From positions 1 through 59,498 of the forward strand of contig JAKSSJ010000001.1 in assembly GCA_024403215.1 (NCBI GenBank): a DNA stretch of 59,498 nucleotides, read 5' to 3'. The DNA comes from Clostridia bacterium (GTDB taxonomy: Bacteria > Bacillota > Clostridia > Peptostreptococcales > Anaerovoracaceae). Positions 8,802-17,263 of this stretch are shown here, piece by piece. Below the pieces are notes generated by a model that did not search any database, had not been told where the DNA came from, and saw nothing but the letters and a program-made list of their open reading frames with translations. The first letter of the stretch is position 1; each line of letters begins with the position of its first letter. The translations under genes and the position numbers were made by a program.

Positions 8802-9828
8802 TTATCTTGTCAATTATCTCTGCATAGCTTAGGCCTTTTTTCTGCATCATCATTGGGAACATTGAGATGCTTGTAAAGCCTGGTATTGCGTTGATCTCGT
8901 TGATGTAAAACTTTTGTGTTTTCTTATCAAGCATAAAGTCTGCTCTTACAAAACCGCTGCATCCGCAAGCTTTGTACGCAATCTTTGCCATTTCTAAAAC
9001 TTCTTTTTGTTTTTCTTTTGAAATTTTTGCTGGTACTAATGTTTTACTTTCTGCGTTGTTGTATTTTGCATCGTAGTCGTAAAACTCTGCGGCTGGAACT
9101 ATCTCGCCAGGAACACCAGTTATCAGCTTATCGTTTCCCATGATTGCTGTTTCAATTTCCAGGCAATCAACGCCTTGCTCAACAACTAAGCGTTCGTCAT
9201 ATTTTGCTGCAAGCTTTAATGCAGCCATTAAATCTTTTTTATCTTTTACCTTTGTAATGCCAACCGATGAACCCATGTTTGCAGGCTTTACAAAAAGAGG
9301 ATACTTTAATTTTTTGTTAATCTCATCTACTGTCTTCTTGCCAATTTGATTACTGGTGAGAGCAATGTATGGCGTTTGAGGAAGACCTGCATTTGCGAAA
9401 ATTTCTTTTGCAACTATTTTATCCATTGTGACAGCACAGCCAAGTACACCGCAGCCGCCATATGGAATATTGATAAGCTCAAGTAGGCCCTGAACTGTTC
9501 CGTCTTCTCCATTTGGTCCGTGAAGGATTGGAAGTGCAAAATCAATTACATTTTTAAGATTCTTTCCGCCGCATCCTAAGATCTGAATTGCAAAATGCTT
9601 TGGGTTTTCTTTAAGATCCTTTTTAGCCTTTGCTTCCCATCGTCCATTTGCGATATCACTTACTGGACCCTCGTATAAAAGCCACTCGCCCTTTTTGGTA
9701 ATACCAATGGTCTTTACTGTATATTTTTTCTTATCAATAGCGTTAATTACGTAGCTGGCAGAAACTCTTGAAACTTCATGCTCGCCGCTTTTGCCACCAA
9801 AAATTACGCCTACTTTAATTTTTGCCAT
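8758..9828 (-). CDS. ddl: D-alanine--D-alanine ligase
   Basis: MAKIKVGVIFGGKSGEHEVS...HGPNGEDGTVQGLLEL...NEINAIPGFT are canonical Ddl motifs. Confidence 0.95.
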   Translation of the reverse strand: MAKIKVGVIFGGKSGEHEVSRVSASYVINAIDKKKYTVKTIGITKKGEWLLYEGPVSDIANGRWEAKAKKDLKENPKHFAIQILGCGGKNLKNVIDFALPILHGPNGEDGTVQGLLELINIPYGGCGVLGCAVTMDKIVAKEIFANAGLPQTPYIALTSNQIGKKTVDEINKKLKYPLFVKPANMGSSVGITKVKDKKDLMAALKLAAKYDERLVVEQGVDCLEIETAIMGNDKLITGVPGEIVPAAEFYDYDAKYNNAESKTLVPAKISKEKQKEVLEMAKIAYKACGCSGFVRADFMLDKKTQKFYINEINAIPGFTSISMFPMMMQKKGLSYAEIIDKIIDYGYERYNAKNNR

Positions 9829-9920
9829 TTTGCGCTCCTTATATAATAGAAGATTCCGTAAATTGAATTATACCATTTTTGGAAACTTTAGTCCATTTTG
9901 TTTAGGCCGCAGGCTGCCAA

Positions 9921-9949
9921 TTGACAGTTTATTTCCTCTATTGTATACT
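9921..9949 (+). promoter_or_regulatory. sigma-A type promoter for the symporter gene
   Basis: TTGACA (9921-9926), a 17-nt spacer, then TATACT (9944-9949); 45 nt upstream of the TTG start. Confidence 0.5.
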
Positions 9950-9993
9950 TACGGCAAGCAGGTGACCTTTATGGCACCCAGTGGAGGTTAAAA

Positions 9994-11667
9994 TTGAAAA
10001 TCTTATCTGACAAGGCGCTAGATGCTCAAGTCAGGAAGGAAGTTGCAAGTACGCTTCTCCTTACCCTTATCTGCGCTCTTTGGCATGTTATTACTGCGTT
10101 TGCTTTAAACAAAAGTGGGCTCTATTTTCTTGGGATGCCTGCCTGGTTTTCAGTGAGCGTTCTTGGAACGATTCTGATAGCTATTATTGGGGTCGTATTT
10201 TTGTGCAAAAAAGTATTTGTGGACTTTGAATATCCTAGCGAGGCCGCCGGCAGCATTGCCGGCGCCGGCGAAGCCGGCCGCGCCGAAGGCGCGAGGGGCC
10301 TCGCGGCCGAAAGATCCTTCTTTATTGGCGGCCGAGACATGGGCGGCCTAGTCCTTGCCATGACAACAATGGCTACTTACACATCTGTAAGCTCTTTTAT
10401 TTCTGGTCCTGGGGCTGCCGGCCTTACTTATGGATATGCCCAGGCCTGGATTGCAGCCGTTCAGGTGCCTGTAACCTTCCTTGTCTTGGGGGTATTAGGT
10501 AATAGTTTTGCAAATATCGCTAGAAAAACAGGTGCCGTTACTGTATCTGGGTACCTTAAGGCAAGATATAAGTCCGATGCCCTAGTAATTGTGACAAGTC
10601 TTCTAATGGTTGCCTTCTTTATAGCACAAATGATTGCCCAGTTTCAGGGTGGCGCAACACTAATCGAATCAGTTTTTGGACTTGAATATAAGAAGGCACT
10701 ACTAGTATTTGGGCTTATCGTCATCCTATACACATCATTTGGTGGTTTTAAGGCTGTCGCTTTAACTGATGCCGTCCAGGGCCTCATTATGTGCTTTGGA
10801 ACCATAATTTTCGTTGTTTTGGTTCTAAAAAATGGTGGTGGCCTTGAAGCTATAGACCTAAGACTTGGTGAAAATCTGCCAAATATTTATGATAATCTTA
10901 CCGCAATATACCGCCCAGGCACACTTTTGTCCTACTGGGTATTGGTGGGCTTTGGAACCGTCGGTCTTCCACAAACTGCAGTAAGATGTATGGGCTTTAA
11001 GAATACCCAAAGCTTAAAGCGCGCCATGCTCATTGGCGTTGTCTGCTGCTCACTTGTAATGGTTGGAATGCACACGGCCGGGGTTTGGGCCGGCGCGCTC
11101 ATAAATATAGGAGGCCAGGGCGCCAGCGGCGCCGCAGGCGCCGGAAGTGCAGCCCTCCCAAGCTCTGACTACTTTATTCCTTATATCATCCAAAAGATTA
11201 TGCCTGGCGCCCTGGGCTACATATTTTTATTGGCGCCGGCCGCAGCCGTCATGTCAACAGCAGACTCACTCCTTCTTTTGGCATCAGCTGCAATAGTAAA
11301 AGATTTATACAAAACCTACATTGTTAAAGATAATCCAGTAAAGCTCGAAAGATATAATAAAAACGTAAAGAAAATAACAAGCCTTAGCACCTTGGTCTTT
11401 GGAATCATAGTTGTGCTTCTTGCAACAGATCCTCCAAGCATAATTTTCTTCCTAAACCTTTTTGCTATGGGTGGTCTTGAGTGTAGCTTTTTCTGGCCTT
11501 TGGTTGGAGGAGTTTTTACAAAAAATAAAAACGCCCGCTCGGCTATCGCTGCCAGCATTGGCGGTGTTGCAATATATATCTTCTGTTACTATAATGTAAA
11601 GGTACTTGGTATTAATGCTGTAGTATGGGGGCTTCTTGGAAGCGGCCTTCTATATTTTATTTTCTAA
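9994..11667 (+). CDS. sodium:solute symporter (PanF-like) with a YhdT/DUF997-like two-TM N-terminal extension
   Basis: TTG start with a GGAGG RBS. Residues from about 100 onward (GGRDMGGLVLAMTTMATYTSVSSFISGPGAAG...) resemble SSS/PanF. The first approximately 85 aa form a separate 2-TM module joined by an Ala/Gly linker. Confidence 0.7.
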   Translation: MKILSDKALDAQVRKEVASTLLLTLICALWHVITAFALNKSGLYFLGMPAWFSVSVLGTILIAIIGVVFLCKKVFVDFEYPSEAAGSIAGAGEAGRAEGARGLAAERSFFIGGRDMGGLVLAMTTMATYTSVSSFISGPGAAGLTYGYAQAWIAAVQVPVTFLVLGVLGNSFANIARKTGAVTVSGYLKARYKSDALVIVTSLLMVAFFIAQMIAQFQGGATLIESVFGLEYKKALLVFGLIVILYTSFGGFKAVALTDAVQGLIMCFGTIIFVVLVLKNGGGLEAIDLRLGENLPNIYDNLTAIYRPGTLLSYWVLVGFGTVGLPQTAVRCMGFKNTQSLKRAMLIGVVCCSLVMVGMHTAGVWAGALINIGGQGASGAAGAGSAALPSSDYFIPYIIQKIMPGALGYIFLLAPAAAVMSTADSLLLLASAAIVKDLYKTYIVKDNPVKLERYNKNVKKITSLSTLVFGIIVVLLATDPPSIIFFLNLFAMGGLECSFFWPLVGGVFTKNKNARSAIAASIGGVAIYIFCYYNVKVLGINAVVWGLLGSGLLYFIF

Positions 11668-11675
11668 ACAAAAAC

Positions 11676-12842
11676 ATGAAAAACTTTATCATTAAAAAAT
11701 TTGTAAAAAATCCCGATAACACAAAAGATCCAAAAACAAGGGAAAGCTACGGAAGCGTTGCAGGAATTGTTGGAATTATTTCAAACATAATTCTTTGCGT
11801 TTTCAAAATTGCATCTGGCCTTATCTTTTCTTCAATTGCTATACTCGCGGATGGAATCAACAACCTTGCAGACGCAACAGGATCCTTAATAACTCTCGTT
11901 GGTTTTAAGCTTGCCGGCAAAAAACCAGACAAAGATCATCCTTATGGTCACGGCAGAACTGAATATCTTGCAGGACTTGTAGTTTCTGTAATGGTTCTTG
12001 CAATTGGTCTTTCTCTTCTTAAAACTTCTATCGAGAAAACAATTCATCCCGAGCCACTTGAGTTTAGCATCTTAACTATTGTTGTTTTAGTTGTAGCTAT
12101 TGCAATCAAGCTTTGGCAAACAAGCTTTAACGTTAGCATCGGTAAGATAATAGATAGCGATGCACTTCTTGCAACTGCTGCAGATTCAAGAAACGATGTA
12201 ATCTCCACATCAGCAGTTCTTCTTTCTGTAATCATTGGCAAGTTTGCAAACATAAATCTTGATGGCCCTGTTGGAATCGTGGTTGCAGCTTTTATTCTAT
12301 TTAGCGGCATAGGTCTTGTAAAAGAAACTATTGCACCTATACTCGGCCAAGCACCTGATGAAGAGCTCGTACAAAATCTTGAGAAGCTTGTTACATCAGA
12401 TCCTGCAATTCTTGGCATCCACGATTTAATAGTTCACGACTACGGTCCAGGAAGACTCTTTGCGTCGCTGCATGTTGAAGTTGACGGAAGCGCCGATGTC
12501 TTTGAGCTTCACGATACAATTGACAATCTAGAAGTTGCAGCCCTAGAACAGCTGCATGTGCTTCTTACAATACATATGGATCCAGTAAAAGTTAACGACC
12601 CAATAACAAACGAAGCCAAGGCTTATCTTGAAGAAATTAAAAACGAAGTAGAAGGTCTTTGGAACGTTCACGATGTTAGGGTTGTAACAGGACCAACTCA
12701 TATAAACGTTGTCTGCGACATAGTTGCAGATTACGACTGCAAATATTCTGACGAGGAGCTCAAACAAATTGTTGGAGCAAAATTAAAAGAAAAGGATCCT
12801 AAGATGAACGCGGTCCTCACCGTCGATCACCGTTTCGCGTAA
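11676..12842 (+). CDS. cation diffusion facilitator (CDF) family transporter
   Basis: ...LADGINNLADA...DHPYGHGRTEY...SRNDVISTS...IHDLIVHDYGPG... are CDF motifs. I chose ATG 11676 (MKNFIIKKF) over the track start 11625, which overlaps the upstream gene. Confidence 0.85.
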   Translation: MKNFIIKKFVKNPDNTKDPKTRESYGSVAGIVGIISNIILCVFKIASGLIFSSIAILADGINNLADATGSLITLVGFKLAGKKPDKDHPYGHGRTEYLAGLVVSVMVLAIGLSLLKTSIEKTIHPEPLEFSILTIVVLVVAIAIKLWQTSFNVSIGKIIDSDALLATAADSRNDVISTSAVLLSVIIGKFANINLDGPVGIVVAAFILFSGIGLVKETIAPILGQAPDEELVQNLEKLVTSDPAILGIHDLIVHDYGPGRLFASLHVEVDGSADVFELHDTIDNLEVAALEQLHVLLTIHMDPVKVNDPITNEAKAYLEEIKNEVEGLWNVHDVRVVTGPTHINVVCDIVADYDCKYSDEELKQIVGAKLKEKDPKMNAVLTVDHRFA

Positions 12843-12846
12843 GATT

Positions 12847-12885
12847 TAGGATAATCTAAAGTTTGAACCTAGGATAATCTAAAGT
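12847..12885. repeat. Tandem direct repeat TAGGATAATCTAAAGT x2 (7-nt spacer)
   Basis: Exact 16-mers at 12847-12862 and 12870-12885, just upstream of the RBS of the 12908 gene. Confidence 0.9.
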
Positions 12886-12907
12886 CTAAATATAAGAGGT
12901 AAAAAAA

Positions 12908-13375
12908 ATGAACAACAAAATGACCACAACCGGCGGAGTTAAAAGCGTTGGAGCTGTTTTCGCAGAGCTAGTTCCAGTTATTATTCTTGCCTTTATAGTA
13001 AATTATGTTTTCTTAAACCCAATTGTAGATCAGAAGATATTAGACAATGCAGCTTCTGTTTCTTGGACCTGCCAAGAAGAATTTACTGGAAGCGCAAAGG
13101 TTGATAAGGAAGAAGTTGAATACTCCTTTGAGACCGGAAAAACTTACGAATGTAAGATGGGTGATAAATATTTCAAAAAACTCCTTGATAGCCTTCAGAA
13201 CATGAAGGGCAGGAAGGTTCAAACCGTAAATGATCAGACCATCCAAGAAACCTTTATCATAAAAGCTGGCACAGAAACTCATAAGGTTGCCTTTGGCAGC
13301 AAATATATAAGGGTTGATGATCAATGGTACAGAATTTACGCTGGTAAATTTACCGCAATATATTGCTTTAAATAA
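12908..13375 (+). CDS. hypothetical membrane-anchored protein
   Basis: 155-aa ORF with RBS AAGAGG, an N-terminal TM (VFAELVPVIILAFIVNYVFL) and no recognisable domain. Confidence 0.55.
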   Translation: MNNKMTTTGGVKSVGAVFAELVPVIILAFIVNYVFLNPIVDQKILDNAASVSWTCQEEFTGSAKVDKEEVEYSFETGKTYECKMGDKYFKKLLDSLQNMKGRKVQTVNDQTIQETFIIKAGTETHKVAFGSKYIRVDDQWYRIYAGKFTAIYCFK

Positions 13376-13378
13376 CTT

Positions 13379-14641
13379 CTAATTGCCGAGCATTATTTGA
13401 AGAATTTCTTCATCTGTGCTCTTCATTCCTTCGCGGCCCATGCGGCCAAAGTTAGCAATCGTTTGCTCTATATCTTCAACTATCATGCCTTCGCCAGGCT
13501 TAAAGCTTCTATCGTTTTTAGCCTGAGCGTAAGCAACAAAGCCAGACATAACAGATGCAGCAATTTTTGCTGCGCATGATGACTTGGCTCCATCACATAC
13601 CATTCCACCAATTGTAGAGGCCGTATTGATAATAATATGGCCTATTGTTTCATAATCTTGCCCTTCTAAAAATGCAATACCGCAAATTGACGAGCATCCA
13701 GCACAGCATGCTCCGCAGTATGCAGACAGATCACCAATATATCTCTTTTGCAAAAGCGAAACTAAATTTGCTAAAGCGAGAGCTCTATACAAATTTTCTT
13801 CGTCAACATTTTTTTCTTTTGCGTAAACGTAAAGCGGCATACTTACGGCAATTCCCTGGTTACCACTTCCTGAGTTAATTACAACAGGCAAAGCGCAGCC
13901 ATTCATTCTGGCATCAGAACCAGCAGCTGCCGTAGCAGCAGCCTTTGCCATAACATTATCCTCGCCAAAAACTTCAAGCAAAGTCTTTCCAACATTTGCT
14001 CCATAGTTTTCTTTAAGTCCTACCTGAGCAATAGCATAGTTATATTCCACCTGCTGCTTTAAAAGCGGCTTAATCTTTTCTACATCAACAGTCTTTGCAA
14101 AGTTATAAATATCTTTTAAGTTTAAGCAGCTTTTATCCGCCCTACTGTCGCCGATTAAATCTTTTTCTTTGAATATTACTTTTCCGTTCTTTTTAATCTC
14201 GGACACAAATGTGTGTTTTGTTTTTACAATGCAGCTTGCAGTTTCAGTTCCTTTTGAAAGCTCTACTCTCACATAAAGATTATCAACGTCTTTTTCGTGA
14301 AAAACATTAATGATCTTTTCAGAAATTAATTTATCTGCGAGCTTTATATCTTCCTCTGTTACAGAATTTAATACTTCAAGTTCTTTGTCTGCTCTTCCGC
14401 CTACAATTCCGAGCATTGCAGCAACCTCAATTCCTTTTTGCCCATTGGAATTAGGCACAGTTACAGCTTTTACATTTTTAATAATGTTTCCGCTGCAATA
14501 TACATCTACATGGTCTGGCAAACTGCCCAAAGCCTCTTTAGCTTTAGCTGCGCAAAAAGCAACAGCGATAGGCTCCGTACAACCCAAGGCCGGACGAAGT
14601 TCTTCGTTTAAAATGTCTAAGTATGCCTCGAGATTACTCAT
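13379..14641 (-). CDS. UPF0597/YhaM-type L-cysteine desulfidase family protein (serine dehydratase alpha-like)
   Basis: ...LRPALGCTEPIAVAFCAAKA...INSGSGNQG...GMVCDGAKSSCA... is typical of this family. Confidence 0.7.
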   Translation of the reverse strand: MSNLEAYLDILNEELRPALGCTEPIAVAFCAAKAKEALGSLPDHVDVYCSGNIIKNVKAVTVPNSNGQKGIEVAAMLGIVGGRADKELEVLNSVTEEDIKLADKLISEKIINVFHEKDVDNLYVRVELSKGTETASCIVKTKHTFVSEIKKNGKVIFKEKDLIGDSRADKSCLNLKDIYNFAKTVDVEKIKPLLKQQVEYNYAIAQVGLKENYGANVGKTLLEVFGEDNVMAKAAATAAAGSDARMNGCALPVVINSGSGNQGIAVSMPLYVYAKEKNVDEENLYRALALANLVSLLQKRYIGDLSAYCGACCAGCSSICGIAFLEGQDYETIGHIIINTASTIGGMVCDGAKSSCAAKIAASVMSGFVAYAQAKNDRSFKPGEGMIVEDIEQTIANFGRMGREGMKSTDEEILQIMLGN

Positions 14642-14661
14642 ATAAGTTCCTCTTTCTTAAA

Positions 14662-15195
14662 CTATATCTGCATTTTATGAAGTGCATTAACAAGTGGAGG
14701 AACTATCAAAAGCTGAATCACTATTGCTGGCCAAGCCATTACAAATTCTGTAGTAATAAACATCTGCCAAGTAAATGGCGTTTGTGCTATGCCGAGCATA
14801 ATAAGCCTTGCAGCTCCCCACACCATTCTACCAAAAAGCATCGAAATTACAAGTGTCCCGTAGGTTCTTAAATACTTTGTTTTCCTGAAAAGATTATGGA
14901 AATAGCCGCAGAAAAAGCCATAGGCTGCAAGTTCAAAGGCCATGCCCAAAGCCGTTGGGTACATAACTGGCATTCCAAAGATGAGGCTTCTTGTAAGCGG
15001 CGTGATAAATCCGAGCACAAGGCCATATATAGGTCCTAGCACAAAGCCACCAACCATTACCGGAAGGTGCATTGGGCAAAGCATGGTTCCAAGGCTTGGA
15101 AGCTGCCCTGTTAAAAGTGGCAAAAGCCAGCCAATAGCAAGCATCAAAGCCGAAATTACTAACTTTTTTGTTTTTTCTACGTTTTTTGAAGTCAT
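14662..15195 (-). CDS. ECF transporter S (substrate-binding) component; substrate unknown
   Basis: 177 aa with about 6 TM helices and the pattern ...ALMLAIGWLLP...MHLPVMVGGFVLGP.., seen in ECF S components. No adjacent riboswitch was recognised. Confidence 0.6.
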   Translation of the reverse strand: MTSKNVEKTKKLVISALMLAIGWLLPLLTGQLPSLGTMLCPMHLPVMVGGFVLGPIYGLVLGFITPLTRSLIFGMPVMYPTALGMAFELAAYGFFCGYFHNLFRKTKYLRTYGTLVISMLFGRMVWGAARLIMLGIAQTPFTWQMFITTEFVMAWPAIVIQLLIVPPLVNALHKMQI

Positions 15196-15326
15196 TTTGA
15201 GCTCCTTTCTCTACATCTTTGCTTTCTACATTTATACTATCATAAGATTTTTATGCCAGAAAGCCTGGTAGGGGGTTACAATTTCAAGCTTTTTTTGATA
15301 TTATGTAGCAGTACGAGGACACAACA

Positions 15327-16193
15327 ATGAATAAAAATGAAGTAATACAATTTTTTAACGATCACGCAGAAACCTGGGACGAACACAGAATTCGTAACCA
15401 AAAGGTTATTAATTATATTCTAGACGAAGCCGGAGTAAAGGAAGGTGTAAGCGTTCTTGATATAGGCTGCGGAACAGGAGAGCTCTTTGCGGATTACCAA
15501 GACAGAAAAGTTGGAATCTTAATGGGCGTAGACATTGCAAGCAAGATGCTTGAGGTTGCAAGAAGAAAGTTCCCTTACGTATCAACAATTTGCGCAGACG
15601 CAACAGAGCTTACGCTTGAAAGCAGATTTGATTGCATTGTTGTATATAATGCATTTCCTCATTTCCCTTATCCTGAAAAGCTCATACACCAAATGTCTCA
15701 CCTTTTAAAACCAGGCGGAAGACTAACGATTGCTCATGGCATGAGCCGCGCCGCAATCGATAAGCATCACGAGGGCGAAGCAAAAAAGATTTCTATGGGT
15801 CTTATGGAAGCAGACGAGCTTGCTGATCTTATGGGAAAGTACCTTACAGTTGATAAGGTTGTTTCAGATAAGGAAAAATATTTAGTATCTGCTGTTGCAA
15901 CCTGGACACCAGAAGGGGAAGGCAGCCATCAGCACGATCAAGACGCAAAAAAGAAACAGCTCAATAGGCTTGCAAGGGCAACAGGTCATCTCAACCATGT
16001 TAAGACCATGATGGAAAACGGCGAAGATGTTTCAGAAATTTTAATTCAGCTCTCCGCAGTAATCTCCGCACTTAACGGGCTTGGCAAAGAAATGATTAAC
16101 GAGCACATTGTTCACTGCTTATCACACGCAATTGAAAATGGCGATACCCAGGCAATAGAAGAGCTTAAAAAAGCAATCAACAAATTTATCTAA
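15327..16193 (+). CDS. class I SAM-dependent methyltransferase fused to a CsoR/RcnR/FrmR-like (DUF156) domain
   Basis: The N-terminal part has VLDIGCGTGEL...LKPGGRL. The C-terminal 80 aa read KKKQLNRLARATGHLNHVKTMMENGEDVSEILIQLSAVISALNGLGKEMINEHIVHC.., matching the CsoR-family helix pattern. Confidence 0.7.
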   Translation: MNKNEVIQFFNDHAETWDEHRIRNQKVINYILDEAGVKEGVSVLDIGCGTGELFADYQDRKVGILMGVDIASKMLEVARRKFPYVSTICADATELTLESRFDCIVVYNAFPHFPYPEKLIHQMSHLLKPGGRLTIAHGMSRAAIDKHHEGEAKKISMGLMEADELADLMGKYLTVDKVVSDKEKYLVSAVATWTPEGEGSHQHDQDAKKKQLNRLARATGHLNHVKTMMENGEDVSEILIQLSAVISALNGLGKEMINEHIVHCLSHAIENGDTQAIEELKKAINKFI

Positions 16194-16210
16194 GCAAAAA
16201 ATATTCAAGC

Positions 16211-16240
16211 AAAAACCCTCGGCAATGCCGAGGGTTTAAT
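16211..16240. terminator. Bidirectional terminator between the methyltransferase fusion and trpS
   Basis: AAACCCTCGG/CCGAGGGTTT hairpin (16213-16237) flanked by an A-run and a T-run. Confidence 0.7.
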
Positions 16241-16255
16241 ATTTCTTAATTCTTT

Positions 16256-17239
16256 TTATAAACCAAGTCCAAAGTGATCCTTTACACGAGCCATAGTTTT
16301 TTCTGCAATTGCATTTGCACGCTCTGCACCATCATTTAAGATATCAACTAGTTCTTGAGTTTGTCTAATCTGATTGTATCTTTCCTGAATTGGAGCAATT
16401 GCATTAACAACAACTTCAACCAAATCCTTCTTTAGATTACCGTAGCCCTGTCCTTCGTAGGACTTAACCAAATCTTCAACGCTCTTTCCGGAAAGTGCAC
16501 TGTATATATTGAGAAGATTTGAGACACCAGGTTTTTCTTTAATATCAAAACGAATAACGCCCTCGCTATCTGTTGTTGACTTCATGATAGCTTTTTTAAT
16601 TTTTGAAGCATCATCAAGAAGTGAGATTCTTGAAAGCTCGTTTGGTGCGGACTTACTCATCTTTGATGTTGGATCATCAAGAGCCATAATTCTTGCACCT
16701 TCTTTTAAGAATCTTCCGTCAGGAACAACAAAAGTATCTTCGCCGTATTTTCCGTTTACTCTTATTGCCAAGTCTCTTGTAAGTTCAATGTGCTGCTTTT
16801 GATCATTGCCAACAGGAACAATATCTGTATCGTAAAGCAAAATATCAGCAGCCATCAATACCGGATAAGAGAACAGCCCTGCAGGAGCAGACTCCTTTCC
16901 CTGGGCTTTTTGCTTAAACTGAGTCATTCTTGAAAGCTCACCCGTATACGCATTGCACATGAGTATCCAACCGAGCTCTGCATGTCCACTTACATCTGAC
17001 TGTGCAAATACAATTGATTTTTTAGGATCTACTCCAACAGCTAAATATAAAGCTGCAATATCTTTAATATGTTCTTTTAAAAGCTTTGGATCTTGTGGAA
17101 CTGTGATTGAATGCATATCAACAACGCAGTAAATGCATTCGTTTTCTTCCTGAAGCTCTACAAACTGAGTTAATGCTCCAAGATAATTTCCAAGATGCAA
17201 ATTTCCTGTAGGCTGTACGCCCGAAAATACTCTTGCCAT
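16256..17239 (-). CDS. trpS: tryptophan--tRNA ligase
   Basis: ...SGVQPTGNLHLGNYLGA (HIGH-type)...KMSKS..; 327 aa. Confidence 0.95.
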   Translation of the reverse strand: MARVFSGVQPTGNLHLGNYLGALTQFVELQEENECIYCVVDMHSITVPQDPKLLKEHIKDIAALYLAVGVDPKKSIVFAQSDVSGHAELGWILMCNAYTGELSRMTQFKQKAQGKESAPAGLFSYPVLMAADILLYDTDIVPVGNDQKQHIELTRDLAIRVNGKYGEDTFVVPDGRFLKEGARIMALDDPTSKMSKSAPNELSRISLLDDASKIKKAIMKSTTDSEGVIRFDIKEKPGVSNLLNIYSALSGKSVEDLVKSYEGQGYGNLKKDLVEVVVNAIAPIQERYNQIRQTQELVDILNDGAERANAIAEKTMARVKDHFGLGL

Positions 17240-17263
17240 TTTTTATCCTCTTTTTGTTTGGAA

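Noticed and set aside
11625-11675. Upstream extensions of several track ORFs (11625, 34393, 38032, 40681, 47619, 54202, 56122, 59255).
   Set aside because: In each case an internal ATG with a good Shine-Dalgarno sequence gives a canonical N-terminus (signal peptide or family-typical start). The longer versions overlap upstream genes or add implausible residues.
15196-15326. A riboswitch in front of the ECF S-component gene (14662-15195, minus).
   Set aside because: Only about 130 nt are available, shared with the divergent methyltransferase promoter. I could not find any conserved riboswitch core (THI-box, FMN, preQ1 etc.) by eye. It remains untested rather than excluded.
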